Source: Spirochaetales bacterium
GTDB lineage: Bacteria; Spirochaetota; Spirochaetia; SZUA-6; DRHE01
Direction of reading: 5' to 3'
DNA length: 56,725 nt
Assembly: GCA_016935715.1 (NCBI GenBank)
Contig: JAFGQJ010000221.1
Coordinates: forward strand, 1 to 56,725
Positions 25,576 through 34,971 of the stretch are shown here, in pieces. Under the pieces are notes generated by a model, which ran no database searches, was not told the DNA's origin, and saw only the letters and a program-made list of their open reading frames with translations. The position numbers and the translations under genes were made by a program. Numbering within the stretch: the stretch's first letter is position 1; each line of letters opens with the position of its first letter.

Positions 25576-26349
25576 TCAATAAACGACGAAACACCGTCCG
25601 TCGTGGCGGACGGTCCGGATCTGCAGCCCGTACAGGGCGGACAGTTGCTCCCCGGTGAACAGCTCCGCGAACGGGCCGCAGAGGAGCCTGCCCCCGGGAA
25701 AAACCAGGATCAGGTGATCCGCCAGCAGCGCCGCGGTTTCCGGGTCATGGGTGGTCAAAACCGCCGTCTTGCCCGCCCTCCTCCACTCCAGCAGCAGCTC
25801 GAGCATGTCCTTTCGGTGCTTGAGGTCCAGGTGGTTCATCGGCTCATCCAGAAGGAGCAGGCGCGGTTCCTGTGTGAGCGAGCGGGCCAGGAGCAGCAGC
25901 TGGGTTTCCCCGCCGCTCAAACGGGATATCGAGCGATTCTCCAGCGGCAGGATCGTTGTGCGGGCCAGGGCATTGGTAGCGATGCGGATGTCCCGCTGCC
26001 CCGGAGCGGCCAGGGTCTCGAGGTGGGGAGCCCTGCCGAGCAGAACGTACTCCAGTACCGAGAATTCGAATCCCGTCGGTTCCTTCTGCGGCAGCAGGCT
26101 CTGGGTCCTGCCCCGCTGCCGGTGACCGTAGGAGCCCAGATCCGTGCCGAAGAGCAGGATCCTGCCGCTGGCCGGCTGCAGCCAGCCCAGGGCAAGATGC
26201 AGGAGAGTCGTCTTCCCGGCTCCGTTGGGACCCAGGATCGCCGTGATCGAGCCCTCCGGAACCTCGAAGCTGCACCTCTCCAGCCTGGGCGCCTTGCCGC
26301 CGTGGGTGAAGAAGATCTCCGAGAAGGCAAGAGCGCTGCTGCCGCTCAC
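25576..26349 (-). CDS. ABC transporter ATP-binding protein (iron-chelate/FecE-like)
   Basis: Walker A GPNGAGKTT, signature LSGGETQ, Walker B LLLLDEP. A GTG at 26349 forms a GTGA overlap with the permease stop. No in-frame ATG is available downstream of that point. Confidence 0.9.
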   Translation of the reverse strand: MSGSSALAFSEIFFTHGGKAPRLERCSFEVPEGSITAILGPNGAGKTTLLHLALGWLQPASGRILLFGTDLGSYGHRQRGRTQSLLPQKEPTGFEFSVLEYVLLGRAPHLETLAAPGQRDIRIATNALARTTILPLENRSISRLSGGETQLLLLARSLTQEPRLLLLDEPMNHLDLKHRKDMLELLLEWRRAGKTAVLTTHDPETAALLADHLILVFPGGRLLCGPFAELFTGEQLSALYGLQIRTVRHDGRCFVVY

Positions 26350-27269
26350 GGCCGAAACCCCCGCCTGGTGAGGATGAGGGCGAACAGGATCGCCCCCAGC
26401 AGGGAGCTCATGATCCCCAGTGGAATCTCGCCGGGCAGCAGCATGCGGGCCAGGGTATCGCAGAGAAGACCGAAGCCCCCCCCTATGAGCAGCGCGCCGG
26501 GAATGGAGTAGCGTCCGTCGGCGCCGAAGATCCTGCGGGCCAGATGGGGCACGATCAAGCCCAGCCACAGGACGATGCCGCTGACCGAGATGACGGCGGC
26601 TACGGCGATGGTTGCGGCCACGATGAGCACCAGCCGGATCCGCTCCGGCGGTGTTCCCAGGGCAAAGGCGGTCTCGTCGGAGAGGGTCAGGAGGTTGACC
26701 CTCCAGCGGAACAGCAGCAGCAGGAGCAGACCGGCGGTGACCGCCGGGAGTACCGACAGCAGCTCCCCCCACGAGACGTGGGACAGCCCTCCGAGCAGCC
26801 AAAAGGTGATCTCCGGCAGCTGGGTGAGGGGGTCGGCGGTGTATTTGATGATGCCGATTCCCGCGGTGAACAGGGCGGAGACGGCCAGCCCCGAGAGGAT
26901 GAGCCGCAGGATCCAGCCGCCGAAGCGGATCCTCCGGGCCAGCCAATAGGCCAGGGCGAGTCCCAGGATTCCGCATAATGCGGAGGAAGCCTGGATCGCC
27001 GGCAGCGAGCCTCCGAACAGCAGGATCGCCGCCACGGCGCCGAAGGCGGCTCCCTGGGTGACTCCGAGAAAACCGGGCTCCACCAGAGGATTGGAGAAGA
27101 TCAACTGGAACACGGCCCCGGAGGTGGCCAGGGACATTCCCAGGAAGACCGACAGCAGGACCCTGGGCAGCCGGAGCCTGAGGAAGATCTGCGCGGCCAG
27201 TGGATCCGAAAACAGAGCCCGGGGAGCGGTGAAGCCCGGTTCCGGATACCGGCCCAGCATCAGGGCCAC
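26346..27269 (-). CDS. FecCD-family ABC permease (iron-chelate/B12-type)
   Basis: LRLPRVLLSVFLGMSLATSGAVFQLIFSNPLVEPGFLGVTQGAAFG is the family signature. With the GTG at 27269 the usual first TM helix is missing; a CTG at 27335 preceded by GAAGGAGGA would restore it (see findings). Confidence 0.88.
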   Translation of the reverse strand: MALMLGRYPEPGFTAPRALFSDPLAAQIFLRLRLPRVLLSVFLGMSLATSGAVFQLIFSNPLVEPGFLGVTQGAAFGAVAAILLFGGSLPAIQASSALCGILGLALAYWLARRIRFGGWILRLILSGLAVSALFTAGIGIIKYTADPLTQLPEITFWLLGGLSHVSWGELLSVLPAVTAGLLLLLLFRWRVNLLTLSDETAFALGTPPERIRLVLIVAATIAVAAVISVSGIVLWLGLIVPHLARRIFGADGRYSIPGALLIGGGFGLLCDTLARMLLPGEIPLGIMSSLLGAILFALILTRRGFRP

Positions 27270-27360
27270 GAGCGTGGCCGCAGCCAGGCAGACGGCCGCG
27301 ACGCCCAGCAGAGACCTGTTCCTGCTCGCGCTCAGCTTCTGTCCTCCTTCACCCCGGCCG

Positions 27361-28404
27361 TCAGGGATAGTCCCCCCGGATGCGCGGGATAATGGATTGC
27401 CGTATCTGCTGCCGCGAAAGCCCGTACACGAAGCCGTAGAACTCCTCCACCTTGCCCTCTATGTCGGGCGAATCGGAGCGCTGAGGATGGAGCTTGCCGG
27501 CAAGCCAGTGCAGCCCGATGATCCAGCGCGGATCCGGCTGATCCCAGCTCAGGTAGTCGGCGGGAAAGGCGAACAGCCTGCCCTGCCGGACCGCCTCCAG
27601 CTCGAGCCACTTCGGATCGCCCAGCAGCCGCTTCTTCACCTCATCCGCCGGGGTGTGGTAGGAGACCAGCAGGATAATTGCCGGGTTCCAGGCGGCGATC
27701 TGCTCGAAGCCGACCTGCTGCCATCCGGAGCCGGCGGCCGCCTCCAGCCACACCGGATTGCCTCCGGCCCACTGCACCAGGCTCGTCTGCAGCCACTGTT
27801 TGGGCGGCACGTTGAAGGAGACGGTGGAGCCTCGGGTTCCGTAGTAGATCAGCAGCGTCGCCGGCCTCTGGGAGGCGGGGATGGCCCCGCTCATTTCCCG
27901 GACCTGTCGCAGATTCTCGGCGAAGTAGGCATTGAGCTCCCGGGCTCGATCGGGATTTCCCATGAGTCTTCCGAGGGCCAGGATATCCCGCTGGAAACTT
28001 TCGGGGCTTTCCAGGTCGACGTAGAGCACCGGCACGTCCAGCTCCTCCAGCCGGCGGCCCAGCCCGCCGGCCAGGTAGCTCTTCAGGACCACGCAGTCGG
28101 GGCGGTGGGACAGGATCTCCTCCACCCCGGGCTCCGGAGCGAGCACGGCGCGGCGCGCCGCCCCCGGGTCCACAACCGAGACGAAACTCCCCCCGGCCTG
28201 ACTGCCGGAGCCGAAGGCCACCACGCAGTCGTAGGCCTCGGGGAACATGTAGAGGGCGTCGAGAACGAGGGAGTGCGCCTTGCCGCCCGTCACGATTCTG
28301 CAGGCGGGCTGCTTTCGAGCCGGGGCCGTTTCCCTCGAAGCTTCGGTCAGTGCGGGCAGGGCTGCTGATGCGATCAGCAGCACAACGAGTGCGCTGTTCT
28401 TCAA
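27361..28404 (-). CDS. ABC transporter periplasmic substrate-binding protein (iron-siderophore/cobalamin PBP family)
   Basis: A TTG at 28404, 5 nt after GGAGGA, gives the signal peptide LKNSALVVLLIASAALPALTEAS. PBP type 2 (PF01497-like) body. The track ATG at 28485 lies within the predicted -35 element (28480-28485), upstream of the expected transcription start. Confidence 0.82.
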   Translation of the reverse strand: MKNSALVVLLIASAALPALTEASRETAPARKQPACRIVTGGKAHSLVLDALYMFPEAYDCVVAFGSGSQAGGSFVSVVDPGAARRAVLAPEPGVEEILSHRPDCVVLKSYLAGGLGRRLEELDVPVLYVDLESPESFQRDILALGRLMGNPDRARELNAYFAENLRQVREMSGAIPASQRPATLLIYYGTRGSTVSFNVPPKQWLQTSLVQWAGGNPVWLEAAAGSGWQQVGFEQIAAWNPAIILLVSYHTPADEVKKRLLGDPKWLELEAVRQGRLFAFPADYLSWDQPDPRWIIGLHWLAGKLHPQRSDSPDIEGKVEEFYGFVYGLSRQQIRQSIIPRIRGDYP

Positions 28405-28456
28405 GACATTCCTCCGCCTGCGCTCCGGCAGCTGCACTGTTGCGCGGCAAGGCAGG

Positions 28457-28485
28457 ATCGTAGAGATTTCCCGGCGGATTGTCAA
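28457..28485 (-). promoter_or_regulatory. putative sigma-70 promoter of the ABC importer operon
   Basis: The minus strand reads TTGACA (28485-28480), a 17-nt spacer, then TACGAT (28462-28457). An AT-rich stretch lies immediately upstream. Confidence 0.45.
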
Positions 28486-28547
28486 GACCGGGGAAGCAAA
28501 AAATTTGTTAATCTTATTGTATTTTTCTTTGATATATAGAATTATAT

Positions 28548-29027
28548 ATGCAACTGAATTGCATTAACTGTCAGGAAACGATGAGCCGACACGACAGCCA
28601 AACCGCCGCCCGCGACCTTCTGCGGGCCTCATCCCTGCGGGCGACTCCCGTGCGGACGGCAATCCTGGCCCACCTGCTGAAGACGGGCCGCCCGGTTTCG
28701 CACGGGGACCTCTGGAAGAGGAAGCGGATCCGGGCCTTCAACCGGGTAACGGTTTATCGCACTCTCCTCACCCTGCAGAAAAATGGAATCGTGCACGCGG
28801 TTCAGGGGATCGACGGGGTGTGGCGATTCTGCGCGCATCCTTCCGCACAGGAGCGCTGCCCCGGCAATCACCCGCACTTCGTGTGCACCCGCTGCCGGCG
28901 CATGGTCTGCCTGCTCGGGCAAAGCATGCCCTTCGTGGAGGTCCCCGAAGGGACCCTGGTGCAGGCCAAGCAGTTCGTCGTCTACGGAATCTGCGCCGAA
29001 TGCTCGGCGGCGGAACGGGCCGGATGA
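28548..29027 (+). CDS. Fur family transcriptional regulator (Fur/Zur/PerR-like)
   Basis: LRATPVRTAILAHLL...VTVYRTLLTLQKNGIVH winged helix. HPHFVCTRCRRMVCL and CAEC metal sites. Confidence 0.88.
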   Translation: MQLNCINCQETMSRHDSQTAARDLLRASSLRATPVRTAILAHLLKTGRPVSHGDLWKRKRIRAFNRVTVYRTLLTLQKNGIVHAVQGIDGVWRFCAHPSAQERCPGNHPHFVCTRCRRMVCLLGQSMPFVEVPEGTLVQAKQFVVYGICAECSAAERAG

Positions 29028-29052
29028 GGCTCGGAGGGATTGCCGTGCAGCC

Positions 29053-29775
29053 TCAATCAGCCGATCGATCGTCCCGCCACGGATAGTGGTGATGGGTGGC
29101 CCGCAAGCCCTCCCGCAGAAGCTCGAGGTACTCCGAGCGGGGGATCTGCAGCGCGCCCATGCTGAGGATGTGGGGGGTGACCTGCTGGCAGTCGATCATT
29201 AGGAAGCGGCGCCGCTCCAGCAGACGGCAGAGGTGAACCAGAGCCACCTTGGAGGCGTTCGCCTGGAGGGAGAACATCGATTCTCCGAAAAAAACCCTGC
29301 CCAGGGTCAACCCGTACAGTCCGCCGCACAGGCGCCCCTCGCGGTACACGGAAACGCAGTGCGTGATGTAGCTCTCGTAGTGCAGCCGGGTGTAGGCCTC
29401 GAAGAAGCGCCTGTCGATCCAGCTTCCCTCCTGATTCGCTCTGGGAACCGTGGCGCAGAGGTATACGACCTCTTCGAAATCCTCGTCGAAGCGAACCTGG
29501 AATCGACCCTGTCTCAGGATTCGTCCCAGGCGCCTGGAAATCCGGATACGGTCCGGGTACAGCACCGGACGGGGATCCGTGGAAAACCACATGATGGGCG
29601 GACCGTTGAACCAGGGGAAGATCCCTTTGCTGTAGGCTTCCACCAGAACCCGCCGGGACAGCTCCCCCCCTACTGCGATCAGCCCGTTTCCGTCGGGCTT
29701 CAGAGAATCGGGGAATACCGGCTCGGAATTGGAGTCGATGATGTACGGCAGGGCGCCCTTCGACGCGCAGCTCAT
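29053..29775 (-). CDS. aat: leucyl/phenylalanyl-tRNA--protein transferase
   Basis: AYSKGIFPWF, WFSTDPRPVL, GGLYGLTLGRVFFGESMFS and LIDCQ-like MIDCQ blocks. Confidence 0.92.
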   Translation of the reverse strand: MSCASKGALPYIIDSNSEPVFPDSLKPDGNGLIAVGGELSRRVLVEAYSKGIFPWFNGPPIMWFSTDPRPVLYPDRIRISRRLGRILRQGRFQVRFDEDFEEVVYLCATVPRANQEGSWIDRRFFEAYTRLHYESYITHCVSVYREGRLCGGLYGLTLGRVFFGESMFSLQANASKVALVHLCRLLERRRFLMIDCQQVTPHILSMGALQIPRSEYLELLREGLRATHHHYPWRDDRSAD

Positions 29776-29917
29776 CGGGCTGCAGCCCCCGGCGGATCCG
29801 CCTCATCCCTGCCGCTCACCGCGGAAACCGCTGCGCCGAAGCGTCCGGCGGCTCGATGCTCCCGGATGCGGCTCGGGCTGAGGCTCAGGCATCGGCCCGG
29901 ACGGAGGTTCTGCCCTG

Positions 29918-30211
29918 TCACAGGGCTTCCTCCAGTGACCTGCGGACCGATCCGGGAAGACGCAGGACCTTGTGGCGGGAGGCCTCTCCGAAGACAATCC
30001 GTATCTCCGACCTGGGCACGGCCAGTGTCTTCGACAGGAACCGGACCAGTTCCTTGTTCGCCCGCCCCTTGACGGCGGGGGCCTGAACACGCACCGCCAG
30101 CTCCCCGTTGCGTACCCCGACGATGCGGTTCTGCTCCGATTTGGGGAAGGCTTTCACCCTCAGCATGATGTGCTCTCCGCTGATCTCGAAGGGCCTGTCT
30201 TCACCGGGCAT
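29918..30211 (-). CDS. DUF167 (YggU-like) family protein
   Basis: ATG at 30211. LRVKAFPKSEQNRIVGVRNGELAVRVQAPAVKGRANKELVRFLSKTL matches the DUF167 pattern. Confidence 0.8.
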   Translation of the reverse strand: MPGEDRPFEISGEHIMLRVKAFPKSEQNRIVGVRNGELAVRVQAPAVKGRANKELVRFLSKTLAVPRSEIRIVFGEASRHKVLRLPGSVRRSLEEAL

Positions 30212-30393
30212 GAGCGGCCGCCTGCTTCCGTCCTGACATGATCCTGTGCAAAACGATAAGCCCATACCCGCCGTTTGTTCAAGGTCTCGAGATGCGAGGC
30301 CCCGAGATACACGGTCTCGATACCTTGCCAAAAGCCTCGCCAGATATCATATTAGATCGTAGTCAGATAACGAACGCAATCCAGGAGGATACG

Positions 30394-31596
30394 ATGCCCG
30401 CCGTTGAAATTCGTAAAAACGTATACTGGATAGGAGTGAACGATCGGACCACCGACCTGTTCGAGGGGATCTGGCCCATCGAGAAAGAGGGGGTCTCCTA
30501 CAATGCCTACCTGCTGCTCGACAAGAAAAAGGTGCTGATCGACCTGTCCAAGGCCCTGAAGACCGACGAGTTCTTCAACCAGATCCAGGACCTGGTGGCG
30601 ATTCAGGATCTGGACTACATCGTGATGAACCACCTGGAGCCCGATCACACGGGGGTTCTGAACACCTTCCGGCAGATCAATCCCAGGGCGACGATCCTGG
30701 GCACCCCGAAAATGAAGGAGCTGCTGGCGAACTTCTACGGGATCACCGAAAATTTCCAAGTCGTCGAGGACGGGCAGACCCTCGACATAGGCAGTCGCAC
30801 CCTGCAGTTCTTCCACACCCCCTTCGTGCACTGGCCGGAAACCATGATGAGCTACGATACATCGGAGAAGATCCTGTTCTCCTGCGACGGATTCGGCAGC
30901 TACGGGGCGCTGGTCGGCACGATCTTCGACGACGAGTGCAAGAACCTGCCCTTCTACGAGCAGGAGTCGCTGCGCTACTTCGTGAACATCGTGTCGAAGT
31001 TCAGCAAACCCACCCTCAATGCGATCAACAAGCTCGCAGGCGTGGATGTCCAGGTGATCGCCCCCTCCCACGGACTGATCTGGAGAAGCAATCCGGGACG
31101 GATCATCGAGCTGTACAAGAAATGGTCGGAGTACGCCACGGGTCCCACCGAGCCGGGCATCACCCTGGTGTACGGCTCGATGTACGGCAACACCGAACGG
31201 GTGATGGACGTCGTGGCCCAGGGCATCGCGAGCGCCGGCGTGCCGCTGCAGATCTTCGACGCGGCCCGCACGCACGTCAGCTACATCCTGCCGGCTCTCT
31301 GGGTCAACCGGGGTGTGGTGATCGGAGCGCCGACCTACGAGGGGGCGCTTTTTCCGCCCGTGACGGACGTGCTGCATCACGCCGCGGTCAAGCGGATCCT
31401 CAACAAGAAAACGGCGATGTTCGGAAGCCACGGTTGGAGCGGCGGGGCGCTGCGCAACATCAAGCAGATCATAGAACCGATCAAATGGACGCTGGAGGAC
31501 TCCTTCGAGTTCACCGGAAGCCCCACCGGGGAAGACCTGAAAACGGCCCGGGAGTTCGGGCGCAGCTTCGCCGAGAAGATCAAAAGCGGGCAGTGA
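30394..31596 (+). CDS. FprA-family flavodiiron protein (metallo-beta-lactamase + flavodoxin domains)
   Basis: ATG at 30394 after AGGAGGA. Di-iron motif HLEPDHTG and flavodoxin motif LVYGSMYGNTE. Confidence 0.92.
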   Translation: MPAVEIRKNVYWIGVNDRTTDLFEGIWPIEKEGVSYNAYLLLDKKKVLIDLSKALKTDEFFNQIQDLVAIQDLDYIVMNHLEPDHTGVLNTFRQINPRATILGTPKMKELLANFYGITENFQVVEDGQTLDIGSRTLQFFHTPFVHWPETMMSYDTSEKILFSCDGFGSYGALVGTIFDDECKNLPFYEQESLRYFVNIVSKFSKPTLNAINKLAGVDVQVIAPSHGLIWRSNPGRIIELYKKWSEYATGPTEPGITLVYGSMYGNTERVMDVVAQGIASAGVPLQIFDAARTHVSYILPALWVNRGVVIGAPTYEGALFPPVTDVLHHAAVKRILNKKTAMFGSHGWSGGALRNIKQIIEPIKWTLEDSFEFTGSPTGEDLKTAREFGRSFAEKIKSGQ

Positions 31597-31636
31597 TCGC
31601 CCCGGGCGGGCGGATCCGGAGCAGCTTCCGCTGCAG

Positions 31637-32056
31637 CTACCGGCGGACTTCCAGCTCTCCCTTCCAGTTGCCCACGCCGCCGAAGTCCAGAACGTTGGTG
31701 AAGCCGAGATTCTCGAGGGTATCGGCGGCGGCCGCCGAGCGGCTGCCGGAGCGGCAGTAGACGATGATCCTGGCGGAGCGATCTTCGGTTGGAAGTTTGT
31801 CCGCGATCACGTCATAGGGGATGTTGATCGCCGAGGGGATGGCTCCGGAGTTGTACTCCCCTTCACTGCGCACGTCCACCAGAAAGGTAGCGGGATCCCC
31901 CGATGCGATGATCTCCGCCAATCTGTCCGAGGTCAACGGTTCGGTGGCCGCAGCCGGTGCGCCGCTCTCCCGGATCAGCCGCTCTTTTCCACCCCCTGCC
32001 AAGATGAGGGCCCCTGGGACTGATAATATTACCAAAATAATAAGAATTGTTTTCAT
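31637..32056 (-). CDS. secreted rhodanese-like domain protein
   Basis: ATG at 32056 gives the signal/anchor MKTILIILVILSVPGALILAG. Rhodanese fold with active-site loop CRSGSRS. Confidence 0.85.
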   Translation of the reverse strand: MKTILIILVILSVPGALILAGGGKERLIRESGAPAAATEPLTSDRLAEIIASGDPATFLVDVRSEGEYNSGAIPSAINIPYDVIADKLPTEDRSARIIVYCRSGSRSAAAADTLENLGFTNVLDFGGVGNWKGELEVRR

Positions 32057-32094
32057 GAAAAAAAGATAATCATGAACGGTCGGGGAGGCAAATC

Positions 32095-33084
32095 TCACCG
32101 CCCTCGCCCGTCGATGGAGACGAACAGGATCTCCTCTTCCGCAGCGGAGTCCGCGATCGCCACGTAGCGGGTGCCCTCCGCCGGGTCGAAGAATGCCAGG
32201 GAGCTCCGCCCCTCCCAGAGCATGTCCAGCAGCGACCCGGTCAGACAAACCGTCAGCCCGTAGGGGATGCCGCCCTCACTGATGCGCGCCGGCACGGCCC
32301 GGAGAAACCTTTCCCGTTCCTCCGGGGTAAAGGCGGTCCCGTTGGCCTTGATGTCGATCCAGAGATCCACTCCGGAATGCACCTCGAGCCAGGCGGGGAA
32401 GAAGGTGTCCCGGCAGATGGTGATGCCCACCCGGTACCCCTGCAGCTCGACCGGCCTGGCCTGCTCCAGGGATCCCGCCGACATCCCCAACAGCCGCTGC
32501 TCGAAAGGCGTCAGGTAGACCTTGTCCTGGGTGTAGGCAATCAGGCCGTTCTCATCGTACATCACGAGCCGGTTCACCAGCGCCGCCTGCTCCATTCCGC
32601 TGCAGGCGAAATACGTGCCCGCGATGATGGACACCGCGTATCGCCGGGCCAGGGCTGCGAATATCTCCTCCATCGCCCGCTGCACGAGACCGGAGTTGAC
32701 CAGAAAAAGGTCCCGGTAACCGTCGATCAGGGGATCCAGCTCGCTGATGCGCGCAAGCCCCTCTTCCGCGCTTGCGGAGGCCCTGATCAGCCCGTGATAG
32801 GGCACAAGAGCGAGGAAAACCGAGGTATACTCGGGAAAAACGATCAGATGCGGCTCATACTCCATGCAGCGCCTCACCAGTGTTTCGACGCGGGAGCGGA
32901 ACGCTTCGAAGGAAGCAAGGTCGGACTGGCGGATCTGCAGCTGCACGGCGGCGACGCGCAGAGCCTGAGGGGCCTTGGAATCGCGGGGCGGCCCGCTGCC
33001 CTCGGCCCGGGCATGTGGAGCCGAAGCGAAGCAGAGGAGGATAAAGAGTGCGGCGGGCAGGGCGATACGGTGCAACACCTTCAT
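32095..33084 (-). CDS. secreted carbon-nitrogen hydrolase (nitrilase superfamily) protein
   Basis: Signal peptide MKVLHRIALPAALFILLCFASAPHARA. Catalytic Glu context IVFPEYT and Cys context ITICRDTFF. ATG 33093 is an alternative start. Confidence 0.8.
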   Translation of the reverse strand: MKVLHRIALPAALFILLCFASAPHARAEGSGPPRDSKAPQALRVAAVQLQIRQSDLASFEAFRSRVETLVRRCMEYEPHLIVFPEYTSVFLALVPYHGLIRASASAEEGLARISELDPLIDGYRDLFLVNSGLVQRAMEEIFAALARRYAVSIIAGTYFACSGMEQAALVNRLVMYDENGLIAYTQDKVYLTPFEQRLLGMSAGSLEQARPVELQGYRVGITICRDTFFPAWLEVHSGVDLWIDIKANGTAFTPEERERFLRAVPARISEGGIPYGLTVCLTGSLLDMLWEGRSSLAFFDPAEGTRYVAIADSAAEEEILFVSIDGRGR

Positions 33085-33198
33085 GAAATTCATCCTGAGA
33101 ATAGGCAATCCTCCCGGTCGTGTCAACGAATCCCGCCCTTCACGAATCCTCACGACTCACCTTGTCTTTCTCTTCACTCCAATGGTAGATTCATCGGC

Positions 33199-34971
33199 AT
33201 GGAAGCGATGAAACGAACCGCCACCTGCGGACAGCTGAGCAGTGCCGACGTAGGCAAGACCGTAACTCTGAACGGGTGGGTGCACAGATACAGGGATTTC
33301 GGAACGATCAAGTTCATCGATCTGCGGGATCGCTACGGGCTCACCCAGGTGGTCGTGGACGCCGACGCCCCCGAGGAGTTGAAGGCTCTGGCGGCGGAGC
33401 TCAAATTCGAGTACACCATCGCCGTGGAGGGAGTGGTTCGCAGGCGCCCGGAGGACATGGTCAACCCCAAAATGCCCACCGGGGAGGTGGAGATCAAGGC
33501 CGAGAGAATGGTCATCCTGTCCAGCTCGGCCACCCTGCCGTTCATGATCGACGAGTCGAGCGAGGCGCGGGAAGAGCTGCGCTTCAAGTACCGCTTCCTG
33601 GATCTGCGCTCCTTCTCCATGCAGCGGAAAATCCGCCTGCGCAACGGCGTCGCCTACGCCGCCCGGGAGCACCTGATCGGTCAGGGCTTTTACGAGATAG
33701 AAACACCCACCCTGATACGCTCCACTCCCGAGGGAGCCCGGGATTTCCTGGTGCCCTCCCGTCTGCACAGGGGCAAATTCTACGCCCTTCCCCAATCCCC
33801 GCAGATCTACAAGCAGCTGCTGATGGTCTCCGGTTTCGACAGGTACTTCCAGATCGCCCGCTGTTTCAGGGACGAGGACGCCCGGGGGGATCGGCAGATC
33901 GAGCACACCCAGATCGACATGGAGATGAGCTTCGTCGGCAAGGAGGATATCTTCACGGTTATCGAGGGCATGATGGGCAACATCTTCCGCAAAACCATGG
34001 ATACGGAGCTTCCCCTGCCCTTTCCCCGGCTTTCCTACGACGAGGCCATGAACCGCTACGGCTCGGACAAGCCGGATCTGCGTTTTGCTCTGGAGCTGCA
34101 GGACTTTTCCGAGCTGGCCGGGCGCGGGGAGTTTCAGGTGTTTCGACAGGTGATCAGCGAAGGCGGCGTGGTAAAGGCCCTGGTCGCACCCGGCTGCGGC
34201 GATTATTCCCGGAAGCAGATCAGCGAGCTCGAGGAAACCGCCAGGGTGTACGGAGCGAAGGGACTGGCCTGGATGAAGGTTACAGGGGAGGGCCTGGAGG
34301 GGGGGATCTCCAAATTTTACGAATCCGTGCAGCGGGAGATCGTCGAGACTCTGGAAGCCGATCCGGGGGACCTGATCGTGGCGGTGGGAGCGGAGTGGAA
34401 GAAAACCTGCCTGTCCCTGGGGGCCGTGCGCTCCCAGCTGGGCAGACAGCTGGGTTTGGCGGATGCGAAAGCCTTCCGCTTCTGCTGGATCATCGACTTC
34501 CCCCTGTTCGAGTGGAACGAGGAAGAGAAAAAATGGGATCCCTCCCACCACCTGTTCACCATGCCCCAGGAGCGCTGCATCCCCGAGCTGGAGAAGGACC
34601 CGGGGGCGGTGAAGGGGGATCTGTACGATCTGGTCTGCAGCGGCACCGAGCTGGGGTCCGGCTCGATCAGGGTGCACGATCCGCAGCTTCAGAGCCGCAT
34701 CTTCGCGATCGTGGGGATGGGACAGGAGGAGGCCCGGCGGCGCTTCGGCTTTCTTCTCGACGCCTTCGAATACGGACCTCCGCCGCACGGAGGCATCGCT
34801 CTGGGACTGGACCGGCTGGTGATGCTGATGGCCGGGGAGCAGTCCATCCGGGAAGTGATCGCCTTTCCCAAGAACACGGCGGGACAGAGCCTCATGGACG
34901 ACTGTCCCGCCCGGGTGGATGCGCCCCAGCTGGCGGAGCTTCATATCCGCGTCACGGGAGAGGATGGCTGA
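33199..34971 (+). CDS. aspS: aspartyl-tRNA synthetase
   Basis: OB-fold N-terminus GWVHRYRDFGTIKFIDLRDRYG. Class II motifs FYALPQSPQ, FRDEDARGDRQ and GGIALGLDRL. Confidence 0.96.
   Translation: MEAMKRTATCGQLSSADVGKTVTLNGWVHRYRDFGTIKFIDLRDRYGLTQVVVDADAPEELKALAAELKFEYTIAVEGVVRRRPEDMVNPKMPTGEVEIKAERMVILSSSATLPFMIDESSEAREELRFKYRFLDLRSFSMQRKIRLRNGVAYAAREHLIGQGFYEIETPTLIRSTPEGARDFLVPSRLHRGKFYALPQSPQIYKQLLMVSGFDRYFQIARCFRDEDARGDRQIEHTQIDMEMSFVGKEDIFTVIEGMMGNIFRKTMDTELPLPFPRLSYDEAMNRYGSDKPDLRFALELQDFSELAGRGEFQVFRQVISEGGVVKALVAPGCGDYSRKQISELEETARVYGAKGLAWMKVTGEGLEGGISKFYESVQREIVETLEADPGDLIVAVGAEWKKTCLSLGAVRSQLGRQLGLADAKAFRFCWIIDFPLFEWNEEEKKWDPSHHLFTMPQERCIPELEKDPGAVKGDLYDLVCSGTELGSGSIRVHDPQLQSRIFAIVGMGQEEARRRFGFLLDAFEYGPPPHGGIALGLDRLVMLMAGEQSIREVIAFPKNTAGQSLMDDCPARVDAPQLAELHIRVTGEDG

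Noticed and set aside
25344-25658. 104-aa plus-strand ORF in the gap between the PIN-like gene and the ABC ATPase gene.
   Set aside because: It is antisense to the sirtuin fragment and to the 3' end of the ATPase gene. It has no SD or family signal, and its composition is non-coding-like.
28405-28547. Possible cobalamin riboswitch in front of the BtuF/FecB-like binding-protein gene.
   Set aside because: The predicted 5' UTR is only about 45 nt, and no B12-box-like element was seen. The adjacent Fur-family regulator favours metal or chelate regulation at the DNA level.
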